Virus record (IMG/VR): IMGVR_UViG_3300032232_000888 | Coordinates: 1-42,808 of that record | Length of the DNA stretch: 42,808 nt | Reading direction: 5' to 3' (one strand) | Source of the DNA: a virus | Taxonomy: Duplodnaviria; Caudoviricetes | In this document: positions 1 through 9,442 of the stretch, one piece after another | Layout: each line of letters begins with the position of its first letter | Position numbering within the stretch: position 1 is the stretch's first letter | Notes under the pieces: model-generated | What the model was told of the DNA's origin: nothing | Database searches by the model: none | What the model saw: the letters and a program-made list of their open reading frames with translations, nothing else | Translations under genes and position numbers: made by a program

Positions 1-2
1 GT

Positions 3-1196
3 GCGGGTGGACCAGGTATACAAGGACGCCCAACTAACACAGCAAACGGTGGCCCTGGTAGATCTTCTTCTATATCTGGTTCAGCTGTAACTTATGCTGG
101 TGGTGGTGGAGGTGGTGCATATACTGGTATAACTCCTGGTGTTGGAGGTGTTGGTGGCGGTGGTAATGGAGGTCAAGGATATGCAACTAACGCAACATCT
201 GGCTCGCCTAATACTGGCGGCGGCGGTGGCGGCGGTGGTAGTTTCCCAAATTTAGGTTATTATCCTGCAAATGGTGGATCAGGTATTGTTATAGTTCGTT
301 ATGCAGGTAGTCCTAGATGTACTGGTGGTACAATAACATCAGTTGGTGGTTATACAATTCATACATTTACATCTTCTGGTAATTTAAGCGTTATAACTCC
401 TGGTTCTATAACATACAATTCTCCCGGCACTTATACCTTTGTACGTCCAGCTGTTTTCAATGTTCTTGGAGTTATGGTTTGGGGGGGAGGCGGTTCTTCT
501 GGATCTTTCTACAGAGGTGGAACTGTTGCTGGTGGTGGTTCTGGTGGTTGGTTTTGGCATGCTATTACCAACACTACTGCAAATATAGGCAATACAGAAA
601 CAGTAGTTGTTGGAACTGGTGGAACTAATGGAGGGTATTCTGGAAGCCCTGGAACATTTTCTCAATTTGGTAATTTCATATATGGTCGTGGAGGTCATAG
701 CGGCGGTGGATCATATGCTGGTAGAACAGATTCTGATGTTGTAACTACTACCCTTCGTCCTAATTGGAACGGTATATCTTCTGAAATGGGTGGCCCTGGT
801 GGAGGTGCACCTGAAAATACTGGAGGCGGTTATTCGAATTGGGATGGAATGAATACTACATACGCAGGTGGCGGTGGCGCTCAAACTATGAATGACCCTT
901 ATCATAGCGGCAGACCTTATACGTATGATTTTATTGGTGGTAAGGCTTCACAATTGGCTCCTGGATCTTCTTTATACAATCCACCTTCTTCTACTTCTTC
1001 TGTCGGTTTACCTGAATATTTTAATACTGTAGGCGCTGGTGGTTTTGGTGCACAAGGTTCTGGGCGTAATGGAGGAGGACCAGGAGATGGTACTTACGCC
1101 CAAGGTAAATTCCCAGGAGGCGGCGGTGCTGGATACGCAGGGAGCGGGAGCACACAACCTGGTGCATCAGGTGCTGTACACATTTATTGGTATTAA
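3..1196 (+). CDS. Glycine-rich virion/tail-fibre-associated protein, 5'-truncated by the window edge
   Basis: The frame of ORF 474..1196 is open from position 3 (AGGPGIQGRP...YAGGGGGGA...NTGGGGGGG...GGSGIVIVRY...YTIHTFTSSG). It has two tandem Gly-rich modules ending GSGIVIVRY / GASGAVHIYWY, typical of phage Gly-rich domain proteins. Confidence 0.7.
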   Translation, partial: AGGPGIQGRPTNTANGGPGRSSSISGSAVTYAGGGGGGAYTGITPGVGGVGGGGNGGQGYATNATSGSPNTGGGGGGGGSFPNLGYYPANGGSGIVIVRYAGSPRCTGGTITSVGGYTIHTFTSSGNLSVITPGSITYNSPGTYTFVRPAVFNVLGVMVWGGGGSSGSFYRGGTVAGGGSGGWFWHAITNTTANIGNTETVVVGTGGTNGGYSGSPGTFSQFGNFIYGRGGHSGGGSYAGRTDSDVVTTTLRPNWNGISSEMGGPGGGAPENTGGGYSNWDGMNTTYAGGGGAQTMNDPYHSGRPYTYDFIGGKASQLAPGSSLYNPPSSTSSVGLPEYFNTVGAGGFGAQGSGRNGGGPGDGTYAQGKFPGGGGAGYAGSGSTQPGASGAVHIYWY

Positions 1197-1205
1197 AGGA
1201 TTAAT

Positions 1206-1655
1206 ATGATGGATGATAATAAATATTATATTGAAATAGATAAAGATAATAATCCTATAGGGCATCCAATAATAGAATCAAACATATTACAAGTATATGG
1301 ATCTATAGAAAACATACCGAAAAAAATAGTATTATTTCAAAAATCAACAAAACAAACATTAGATATGTTTGATATCGATTTAGGAACATCGTATGAAATT
1401 AGAGATAATAGTGTTATAGAAATTCATAATATTATTAAAATGAACGAAGAGCAAATTCAAGAAAAAATTAACCAACTTGAAAATGAATTTTACAATTTAA
1501 CAAATTTCTATTCTTGGAAATTTTCAATGGAAAAACAAATAATTGTGCCCCCTACGCCTCATCCTGACAAGACAAATAAGCCCAATCCTTCTTATGTTTA
1601 TGAATGGAATGAAAATGATAAGTGTTGGGATAAGATAGATAGAATTAAAGAATAA
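1206..1655 (+). CDS. Hypothetical protein, possibly a tail-fibre assembly/chaperone-like partner of the upstream Gly-rich protein
   Basis: AAGGA RBS; C-terminal PPTPHP...YEWNENDKCW motif commonly seen in small proteins following phage fibre genes. Confidence 0.5.
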   Translation: MMDDNKYYIEIDKDNNPIGHPIIESNILQVYGSIENIPKKIVLFQKSTKQTLDMFDIDLGTSYEIRDNSVIEIHNIIKMNEEQIQEKINQLENEFYNLTNFYSWKFSMEKQIIVPPTPHPDKTNKPNPSYVYEWNENDKCWDKIDRIKE

Positions 1656-1675
1656 ATAATAAAAAAGGTAATTCA

Positions 1676-2416
1676 ATGGCAACCCCAACATCAAGATCAG
1701 ATTTTAAAGAAAACTGCCTACGTCGTTTGGGCAAACCTGTTATTGAAATCAACGTTGATGATGACCAGGTAGATGATCGTATTGACGAAGCCTTAAGATA
1801 TTTCTGGGACTATCATTTCGATGGTTCTGAAAAGATATTTTACAAACACCCAGTAACACAAACAGATAAAACCAATAAGTACATTACACTACCTGAAAAC
1901 ATTATTGGCGCTGTTAATATATTTCCTATTGGTAGTGGTTTGAATACAAACAACTTATTCAATATTCGTTACCAGATTGCTCTTAATGATCTGTATACCT
2001 TGACTTCTGTTTCTATGGTGCCATATGTTATGGCACTAACTCATATTCAGAATCTTGAACAGATACTTGTTGGTCAACAGCCATTGAGATATAACCGTCA
2101 TGTTAATAAATTATATATCGATATGGATTGGGAAAGAGTAGACATTAATGAATATATTTTGGTTGAGGCTTATGAAGTAATAAACCCAGACATCTATACT
2201 GATGCTTGGTCTGATCGTTGGCTTCTTAGATATGGCGCTTGTCTAATCAAGCAACAGTGGGGTAACAACTTAAAGAAATTTGATGGTATGAAAATGCCAG
2301 GTGGTTTAACTTTTAACGGTCAACGAATATATGAAGAAGCCACTCAAGAGAGAGTAGAGCTTGAAAAAGAAATGATCCATAGCTATTCACTTCCTGTTAC
2401 AGATATGATTGGCTAA
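1676..2416 (+). CDS. gp13: Neck protein, T4 gp13-like
   Basis: LRRLGKPVIEINVDDDQ...QQWGNNLKKFDGMKMPGGLTFNG motifs; first gene of the gp13-gp23 synteny. Confidence 0.92.
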   Translation: MATPTSRSDFKENCLRRLGKPVIEINVDDDQVDDRIDEALRYFWDYHFDGSEKIFYKHPVTQTDKTNKYITLPENIIGAVNIFPIGSGLNTNNLFNIRYQIALNDLYTLTSVSMVPYVMALTHIQNLEQILVGQQPLRYNRHVNKLYIDMDWERVDINEYILVEAYEVINPDIYTDAWSDRWLLRYGACLIKQQWGNNLKKFDGMKMPGGLTFNGQRIYEEATQERVELEKEMIHSYSLPVTDMIG

Positions 2417-2417
2417 T

Positions 2418-3140
2418 ATGGCAACCAACTTTTTCTTCAATAATTTTCAATCATCTCAGGAGCAGCTGCTTCTCGAGAATTTGATTATTGAAACTATAAA
2501 AATATATGGTCAAGACATGTGGTATATGCCTCGTAAGTTAAACAACTATGATAAGGTATATGACGAAGATGACCAATCAAGTTACGAGAGCGCATATCCT
2601 ATTGAAATATATATTAAGTCAGTCGATGGATTCTCTGGCGACGGCAACTTTATGTCTAAGTTTGGACTTGAAATCAGAGACCAGGTTGTGTTCTCTGTCG
2701 CTCAGCGCATTTTCAATGAGGAAGTTGGTTCATTCTCTTCTCAGACAAGACCAAACGAAGGCGACCTTATATATTTCCCACTGAATAAAAAGTGTTTTCA
2801 AATCAAATATGTTAACAAGTTTGAGATGTTCTATCAGTTGGGAGCATTACAGACTTGGGAAATGACTTGTGAGTTGTTCGAATATTCAAACGAACAGATG
2901 AATACCGGTATACCTGAAATTGATATTCTACAAGCAAAATCCAGCACCAATATTCTTGATTGGAATATAACAGACGAGAGCGGTAACGATCTATTGACAG
3001 AAGATAGTCAGTATCTTGTTATGGAAAACTCAAAACTTTCAGATATTATTGCAGCTGCAGACAATGACGAAATACAAACAGAGTCAGATATATTTGTTGA
3101 CTTTACTGCATTTGATCCATTCAGTGAAAGAGCAATTTAA
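2418..3140 (+). CDS. gp14: Neck protein, T4 gp14-like
   Basis: SKFGLEIRD, RPNEGDLIYFP, FYQLG and DPFSE motifs; ATG at 2418 preferred over the upstream alternative start; synteny. Confidence 0.92.
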   Translation: MATNFFFNNFQSSQEQLLLENLIIETIKIYGQDMWYMPRKLNNYDKVYDEDDQSSYESAYPIEIYIKSVDGFSGDGNFMSKFGLEIRDQVVFSVAQRIFNEEVGSFSSQTRPNEGDLIYFPLNKKCFQIKYVNKFEMFYQLGALQTWEMTCELFEYSNEQMNTGIPEIDILQAKSSTNILDWNITDESGNDLLTEDSQYLVMENSKLSDIIAAADNDEIQTESDIFVDFTAFDPFSERAI

Positions 3141-3997
3141 TGTTTGGTACTCCTTTCTATTTTTCGTTGATCAGAAAATACGTTATCCTTATGGGTACTC
3201 TCGTCAACAATATTCGTATCACTAGAACAGATAAAACTGGAAACATAACAGCTTTAATAAAAGTTCCGGTTACTTATGGTCCAAAAGATAAAATGCTTGC
3301 TCGTGTTATCCAGGACCCAGATATCGATAGACCAACTGCCATTGCACCATTGCCAATGATATCGTTTGAAATGGGCAAGATGAGTTATGATGGCACCAGA
3401 AAACTACCAACTATTAATAAGATAGCTGTTAAAAATTCTACTGAAACAAACAAGTTAAAATATCAGTACAATCCTGTTCCATATAACATAGAATTTAAAG
3501 TTTATGTTTATGCTAAGAACGCTGAAGATGGCACAAAAATAATCGAGCAAATCCTTCCTTACTTTACGCCTGATTGGACAACCACTGTAAAACTTATTCC
3601 TGAAATGGAAATTACAATGGACATTCCAATTATACTAAATGATATATCATACAGTGATAATTATGATGGAGCTTTTCAAAAGCGTAGAGCAATTATATGG
3701 ACTTTAGACTTTGTTTTGAAAGGCTATATATACGGACCAGTTAAATCAAATGGTATAATTAAATTCGTTAAAACAAATTTCTATTTACCAGATACTGAAA
3801 CAAATGCAATAGAATTTGTTGGTGAACTGCCTGCTGTTGAACGTGTTACATCACAGCCTGGATTGAATGCAAATAATAATCCTGTAACATATTATGGCGC
3901 ACCAAATAATAACATAGCAACTGTAGCATACAATGACATAGAAGTGTCTGATGATTTTGGATTTGTCACAATGATTTACAACGAAGATGAGATATAA
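3140..3997 (+). CDS. gp15: Tail sheath stabilizer / tail terminator, T4 gp15-like
   Basis: KVPVTYGPKDK, QYNPVPYN, IIEQILPYFTP and GYIYGP motifs; synteny. Confidence 0.92.
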   Translation: MFGTPFYFSLIRKYVILMGTLVNNIRITRTDKTGNITALIKVPVTYGPKDKMLARVIQDPDIDRPTAIAPLPMISFEMGKMSYDGTRKLPTINKIAVKNSTETNKLKYQYNPVPYNIEFKVYVYAKNAEDGTKIIEQILPYFTPDWTTTVKLIPEMEITMDIPIILNDISYSDNYDGAFQKRRAIIWTLDFVLKGYIYGPVKSNGIIKFVKTNFYLPDTETNAIEFVGELPAVERVTSQPGLNANNNPVTYYGAPNNNIATVAYNDIEVSDDFGFVTMIYNEDEI

Positions 3998-4425
3998 TGA
4001 CAGAAAATGCAAACAATGATCCTATAAGCCAAGCTTTAGGCGTTACACCAATGAGTCCATCTAGCGCAGTCAGTAATATGATTATAGATGCACACAATGA
4101 TTCAGCCAGAACAGACTTTGAGGCTGCTCGAGCCAATATATATGAAGTTATACAGAACGGCCAAGAAGCCATGTTTAAACTTGGTCAGATAGCGGATAGC
4201 TCACAGCATCCAAGAGCTTTCGAAGTTTTGGCAAAATTAATGGATACAATGCTTGCTGCTAATAAAGATTTGATGGATTTGCAAAATACAATTAGAAAAA
4301 TTAATGTTGCAGACGCTCCAACAAACGAAACAGCAAAAACTATTAATAACAACTTGTTCGTTGGTTCCACAGCAGAACTTCAAAAAATGATTGAGAATAT
4401 AAAAAATGGCGGATCTGCAGTCTAA
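3997..4425 (+). CDS. gp16: Terminase small subunit, gp16
   Basis: HPRAFEV and NNLFVGSTAELQK motifs; directly upstream of the large terminase. Confidence 0.92.
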   Translation: MTENANNDPISQALGVTPMSPSSAVSNMIIDAHNDSARTDFEAARANIYEVIQNGQEAMFKLGQIADSSQHPRAFEVLAKLMDTMLAANKDLMDLQNTIRKINVADAPTNETAKTINNNLFVGSTAELQKMIENIKNGGSAV

Positions 4426-6058
4426 TAAAGTACGAACTGGATATAATGGTAATGCCAATCTAAAGCGTGAAAATCAGGCTATTGAATGGACACCTGACCT
4501 TGTACAAGAGTATATAAGATGTTCTCAGGATGTTGTATACTTCACTGAAACATATATGAAAATTATTAACGTTGACAAGGGTCTCGTTAATTTCAAATTA
4601 TATCCATACCAAAAAGATATGTTGTTGTCTTTTGCCAACAACCGTTTTAATATTGTAACAACTGCTCGTCAGGCTGGTAAATCAACTACCACCTGCGCTT
4701 TCATCCTTTGGTATATCATATTCCATAAAGATAAAACTGTTGCCCTCCTTGCCAACAAAGGCGATACGGCTCGTGAAATTCTTGGACGTATTCAGCTTGC
4801 ATATCAACATTTACCTACTTGGCTCCAACAGGGCATTAAGGAATGGAATAAAGGATCGTTCGAACTTGAAAATAATTCACGTGTTATTGCAGCTGCTACT
4901 TCAACAGATTCTATTCGTGGTTATTCTATCAATATGTTGTTTATTGACGAGGCGGCGTTTATTGAAAACTGGGACGAGTTTTTTACCTCTGTTTATCCTA
5001 CCATTTCTTCTGGTACAGAATCTAAAATTGTTTTAGTTTCCACTCCTTGTGGGCTGAATCACTTTTACAGTATTTGGGTTAATGCTATACAGAAACGAAA
5101 CCAGTATCAACACATACAAGTTATGTGGCAAGATGTCCCTGGTCGAGATGAAAAATGGAAAGAAGACACCCTAGCAGCAATGAACTTCGATTTAGAGAAG
5201 TTCGATCAAGAGTACAATTGCGAATTTCTTGGTAGTTCTGGCACTCTTATCGCTGGTTGGAAACTTAAAGAATTAGTTCATCAAAATCCAATAGTCGAAC
5301 GCGAAGGTTTGATTCAATACATACCACCGTTAGAACAACATGTTTACATAATGCTTTGTGACGTTTCTCGTGGCAAAGGGCTTGACTACTCTGCATTCCA
5401 GTTAATTGATGTAACATCGATGCCATATCAACAGGTATGCGTTTACCGTAACAATGCAATTTCACCAATAGATTATGCAGACTTTATTCATAGGTCCGCC
5501 AAAGCGTATAATAATGCATCTGTTCTTGTTGAAATCAATGATATCGGCGAGCAAGTTTCTCACTCATTACATTACGATTTTGGTTACGAACATGTTCTAT
5601 TCACTGAAAACGCTGGTCGTTCTGGTAAACGTATTACAGGTGGTTTCGGTGGAGGCTCAGTAGACAAAGGTATTCGTACGACAAAAATTGTTAAGTCGGT
5701 CGGGTGTTCTATCCTTAAACTTCTCATCGAACAGAACCAATTTATCGTTAATGATTTCCATACGATCAACGAGCTTTCTACTTTCTCTAAGAAGGGAACT
5801 TCCTACGAAGCCGAGTCTGGTAAACATGATGACCTTGTAATGTGCCTTGTTCTTTTTGCTTGGCTTTCAGAACAGCAATATTTCAAAGACTATACTAATA
5901 TAAATACTCTTATGTCTCTTCGAGAAAAAACAGAAGAAGATATGGAACAGGATATGGCTCCATTCGGTTTTATGATGGATGGGCGCGATGAATACGATGA
6001 AACTATTGAAAAATTCGTTCCGGAAAGTTGGATGTGGAATACGCACGAAAATTTCTAA
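4406..6058 (+). CDS. gp17: Terminase large subunit, gp17
   Basis: Walker A ARQAGKST, Walker B FIDEAAF, STP motif, nuclease DVSRG..LDYS and HDDLVM; no intein or intron evident. Confidence 0.97.
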   Translation: MADLQSNKVRTGYNGNANLKRENQAIEWTPDLVQEYIRCSQDVVYFTETYMKIINVDKGLVNFKLYPYQKDMLLSFANNRFNIVTTARQAGKSTTTCAFILWYIIFHKDKTVALLANKGDTAREILGRIQLAYQHLPTWLQQGIKEWNKGSFELENNSRVIAAATSTDSIRGYSINMLFIDEAAFIENWDEFFTSVYPTISSGTESKIVLVSTPCGLNHFYSIWVNAIQKRNQYQHIQVMWQDVPGRDEKWKEDTLAAMNFDLEKFDQEYNCEFLGSSGTLIAGWKLKELVHQNPIVEREGLIQYIPPLEQHVYIMLCDVSRGKGLDYSAFQLIDVTSMPYQQVCVYRNNAISPIDYADFIHRSAKAYNNASVLVEINDIGEQVSHSLHYDFGYEHVLFTENAGRSGKRITGGFGGGSVDKGIRTTKIVKSVGCSILKLLIEQNQFIVNDFHTINELSTFSKKGTSYEAESGKHDDLVMCLVLFAWLSEQQYFKDYTNINTLMSLREKTEEDMEQDMAPFGFMMDGRDEYDETIEKFVPESWMWNTHENF

Positions 6059-6079
6059 TTCCCCTTAAATTTAAATTTT

Positions 6080-6087
6080 TATAAATA
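6080..6087 (+). promoter_or_regulatory. T4-type late promoter (TATAAATA) upstream of gp18
   Basis: Exact TATAAATA in the intergenic region; the cognate gp55 sigma factor is encoded in this window. Confidence 0.8.
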
Positions 6088-6131
6088 ATGATAAATCTGA
6101 CTATCATACAACCTAATAAAGGGGTAAAAAT

Positions 6132-8738
6132 ATGGCTTTTCAACTATCTCCAGGCGTAAACGTTACTGAAATTGACCTTACTACTGTTGTGCCTGCAGTA
6201 TCCGCTTCTGTCGGCGCAATCGGTGGTGCGTTTCGTTGGGGTCCAATTGGTCAAAGAGTATTAGTAGACAGCGAAAGCACTCTTGTTTCTAAGTTTGGCC
6301 CACCAACATCATTCAATGCAGAAACGTTTTTCACTGCCGCCAATTTCCTTTCATACACTAACAGCCTTTATGTTTCTCGTGCTGCCAATACTACTGGTTC
6401 TGTAGCAGATGCTGTTGCATTTACTGTCAGTGCGAATACATCGACATCAAATAACATTCTTGTTGGTAATACTTCTGGGTTGTCTGTTGGTATGTATATC
6501 ACTCAGACATCTAACAGTAATGCAATTCCAGCTGGTAGTCAGTATTACATCACAGCTGTAAATGCAACAGCTGTTATTTTAAACTCAGGTTTCAGAACAA
6601 CTAACACTGGAACAACTGCCACTGCTACTGTTTATTTGGGTCGTTCAGAAACAGCATATACTGCAGTAGGTCTTGGTTCAAATGGTGCTGCTAATGCTTC
6701 TCCATATATTGTTTCAAACCTTGTCAATCAGATTGTAAAAAACGATAATGCTTATATCCTAAAAGATGGCAATTTCGATATGGATATCGCTTATGTTGCA
6801 AAATATCCTGGTGCAATGGGTAACTCACTAAGAGTTTCAGTTTGTGATAATTCAAACAGCTTCTCTTCTAATGTTGCTTTATCAAATGCATCAATTTCAA
6901 CCGATATCGAATTTAGAATAGGTTCTGCTATCGCAACTGTTAAATTTGCTGGTATTTCGAATACATCTGCTAATACAATAGCAAATAACTTTTCTGTTGG
7001 CGATCAAATCCTTGCTGGTAACAGCGCAATGGGACTACAGTATCTTCAGGTAAAAACTGTTGAAGTTGGTTCAAACGCACTATTCGTTAATACTGCAGTA
7101 AATGCGTTTTTTGGCAACGATACTTTCATTAATGCTTATTCTGGGTTTATTTCTGTACCAAATACTAGTATCGCTAACCCATATAGCAATGGCGACGTTG
7201 TAACTTATGCCAACAGCGCTGGTAATACAACGCTTTCTGGTTTAACTGGTGGCGCCAGCTATTATGTTGTTGAATCAAACACTAGTGGGTTTAAACTATC
7301 AAATACTTCTTATGGTAATGCAATAACAACTATCGTTCCTGCTACTGGTTCTGATTTCACACTTACTTCAAATACAAACGTATTAAAAATTACTTTTACC
7401 GAGCCTTTCAGACTTCGTGATAATTATGTATCAGAAACCATTAACCGTAACTGGGAATTCTTCAATCTAGTAGGTTCTGCTCCTGGCCAGTCAACTTATC
7501 AATATACTAGCGGTAATACTGCTGCTAATGACGAAGTCCATGTTGTAGTTGTAGATAGTGGCGGCATGTTCTCTGGTGTAACAGGAACTGTTCTTGAAAC
7601 ATACAAAGGTCTTTCAAGAGCAACTGATGCAGTAAAAGAAGACGGCACAGATAATTATTACAAGACTGTTGTTAACAAGAACTCAAATTATGTTTGGTGG
7701 GCTAATGACCGTACAAACGCTGTATCTAATACTGCAGTAAACCTTGTAAGTTCAAATACATCTTCTCCATTAAATGCACAGTTTACACTTGGTAATGATG
7801 GCAAAGACGAAATAAATATTACTCTAGCATGCCTTGGCGAAGCTTATGACCTATTTGCATCCCCTCAGGATGTAGATATTTCTCTTGTTCTTCAGGGTCG
7901 CCCAATTGGTGGTACTACTGTTGTTGGTGGTCAAACTGTATCAAACTTCCAGCTAGCAAATTACATCATTGATAACATTTGCGAAACTCGTAGAGATTGT
8001 ATCGCATTGATCAGCCCAGATAAGGCGACTATGCTTAACAATTACGGAAATGAAGCAACAAGTCTTAAGAATTGGAGAGGCGCTGTTCGCAACACTTCTT
8101 ATGCTGTTCTTGATTCTGGTTACAAGTATCAGTACGATCGTTACAATGACGTTGATCGTTGGATTCCATTGAATGGTGATATTGCTGGTCTATGCGCCCG
8201 CACTGATCAGACTAATGATGCTTGGTGGTCACCAGCTGGTTATAATCGTGGAAACATTAAGAACGCTCTTAAGCTTGCTTATAATCCTAAGAAAAACGAG
8301 CGCGATATCCTTTATACTAATGGTATCAACCCAGTTATTTCTGCACCAGGTCAGGGCGTTGTTCTTTATGGTGATAAGACCCTTCAGGCAAAACCATCTG
8401 CATTCGATAGAATTAATGTTCGTAGATTGTTCATTGTTCTTGAAAAGGCAATTTCAACTGCTGCCAATTATTCACTATTCGAATTCAATGATTCATTCAC
8501 TCGCGCTCAGTTCAAGAATCTAGTAACTCCTTATCTACGCACCATTAAGGGTCGTCGTGGTATTACTGACTTCTATGTTGTGTGTGATGATACAAATAAT
8601 ACACAGCAGATTATTGATACAAACCAGTTTGTTGGTGACATCTATATTAAGCCAGCTCGTTCAATCAACTATATCCAGCTGAACTTCGTTGCTGTTCCAA
8701 GTGGTGTTCAGTTCTCTGAAGTTGTTGGCAAGTTTTAA
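6132..8738 (+). CDS. gp18: Tail sheath protein, gp18 (with large N/S/T-rich insertions)
   Basis: LSPGVNVTEIDLT N-terminus; WWSPAGYNRG, FDRINVRRLF and YIKPARSINYIQLNF C-terminal motifs. Confidence 0.97.
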   Translation: MAFQLSPGVNVTEIDLTTVVPAVSASVGAIGGAFRWGPIGQRVLVDSESTLVSKFGPPTSFNAETFFTAANFLSYTNSLYVSRAANTTGSVADAVAFTVSANTSTSNNILVGNTSGLSVGMYITQTSNSNAIPAGSQYYITAVNATAVILNSGFRTTNTGTTATATVYLGRSETAYTAVGLGSNGAANASPYIVSNLVNQIVKNDNAYILKDGNFDMDIAYVAKYPGAMGNSLRVSVCDNSNSFSSNVALSNASISTDIEFRIGSAIATVKFAGISNTSANTIANNFSVGDQILAGNSAMGLQYLQVKTVEVGSNALFVNTAVNAFFGNDTFINAYSGFISVPNTSIANPYSNGDVVTYANSAGNTTLSGLTGGASYYVVESNTSGFKLSNTSYGNAITTIVPATGSDFTLTSNTNVLKITFTEPFRLRDNYVSETINRNWEFFNLVGSAPGQSTYQYTSGNTAANDEVHVVVVDSGGMFSGVTGTVLETYKGLSRATDAVKEDGTDNYYKTVVNKNSNYVWWANDRTNAVSNTAVNLVSSNTSSPLNAQFTLGNDGKDEINITLACLGEAYDLFASPQDVDISLVLQGRPIGGTTVVGGQTVSNFQLANYIIDNICETRRDCIALISPDKATMLNNYGNEATSLKNWRGAVRNTSYAVLDSGYKYQYDRYNDVDRWIPLNGDIAGLCARTDQTNDAWWSPAGYNRGNIKNALKLAYNPKKNERDILYTNGINPVISAPGQGVVLYGDKTLQAKPSAFDRINVRRLFIVLEKAISTAANYSLFEFNDSFTRAQFKNLVTPYLRTIKGRRGITDFYVVCDDTNNTQQIIDTNQFVGDIYIKPARSINYIQLNFVAVPSGVQFSEVVGKF

Positions 8739-8744
8739 TAAATA
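8737..8744 (+). promoter_or_regulatory. Variant late promoter (AATAAATA) upstream of gp19
   Basis: One mismatch to TATAAATA, in the gp18-gp19 gap; the same variant lies at 1651-1658 upstream of gp13. Confidence 0.5.
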
Positions 8745-8771
8745 GATTAAAGCTCAAAAGGAGTATCTTAG

Positions 8772-9386
8772 ATGCCATTTAATATCAACGCTTTCAAGCA
8801 AAATGGTCTGGTGTACGGTGGTGCCAGACCATCCCTATTCAACGTAGTTCTATCAGTGCCAGGAGCTCTTGGCATTGATAGCGTCTCAGTCGATAAGTTC
8901 CGTTTCGTTTGCCGTACAGCTGCTCTTCCAGAATCAACAATTTCTCCAATCGAAATTCCTTATTTCGGTCGTAAAATTAAGGTTGCTGGCGAAAGAACTT
9001 TCGGCGACTGGTCAGTAACAGTAATGAACGACGAAGATTTCGCCGTTCGTGCAATGTTCGAAACTTGGTCAAACGCAATGAACCGTCTTGTATCAAATGT
9101 TCGCGATCCAGGCATTGGTGCTGAACAGTATAAGACAGACCTAGAAGTTATTCAGTATTCTAAAGATGGTGGTGAAATCCGTTCTTATCAGCTTGTTGGA
9201 GCTTTCCCAACTTCAATCGGTGAGATCAGTCTTGATTGGAGTTCAGCAAGTCAGATCCAGGAATTCCCTGTAACTTTCTCATACGATTACTGGGTACCAG
9301 TTATTGAATCTTCTGATAAAAAGGCTGGGGGCGTAAACGTATATGGACCGGAAACTGAATTAGATGGCGCCGCTGGCCCAATCTAA
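8772..9386 (+). CDS. gp19: Tail tube protein, gp19
   Basis: GGARPSLF, IPYFGRKIKVAGERTF, WSVTVMNDEDF and FPVTFSYDYW motifs. Confidence 0.95.
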   Translation: MPFNINAFKQNGLVYGGARPSLFNVVLSVPGALGIDSVSVDKFRFVCRTAALPESTISPIEIPYFGRKIKVAGERTFGDWSVTVMNDEDFAVRAMFETWSNAMNRLVSNVRDPGIGAEQYKTDLEVIQYSKDGGEIRSYQLVGAFPTSIGEISLDWSSASQIQEFPVTFSYDYWVPVIESSDKKAGGVNVYGPETELDGAAGPI

Positions 9387-9407
9387 TACTTATTTTTTAT
9401 GATTATA

Positions 9408-9432
9408 GGAGGGGGTAACTCCCCTCCATTTT
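9408..9432 (+). terminator. Hairpin between gp19 and gp20 (possible intrinsic terminator or processing stem)
   Basis: GGAGGGGG-TAAC-TCCCCTCC followed by ATTTT. Confidence 0.55.
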
Positions 9433-9442
9433 GGAGAATTAA

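Noticed and set aside
95-240. GGT/GGC trinucleotide runs as a tandem repeat or contingency locus
   Set aside because: They encode poly-Gly tracts in frame within the Gly-rich protein.
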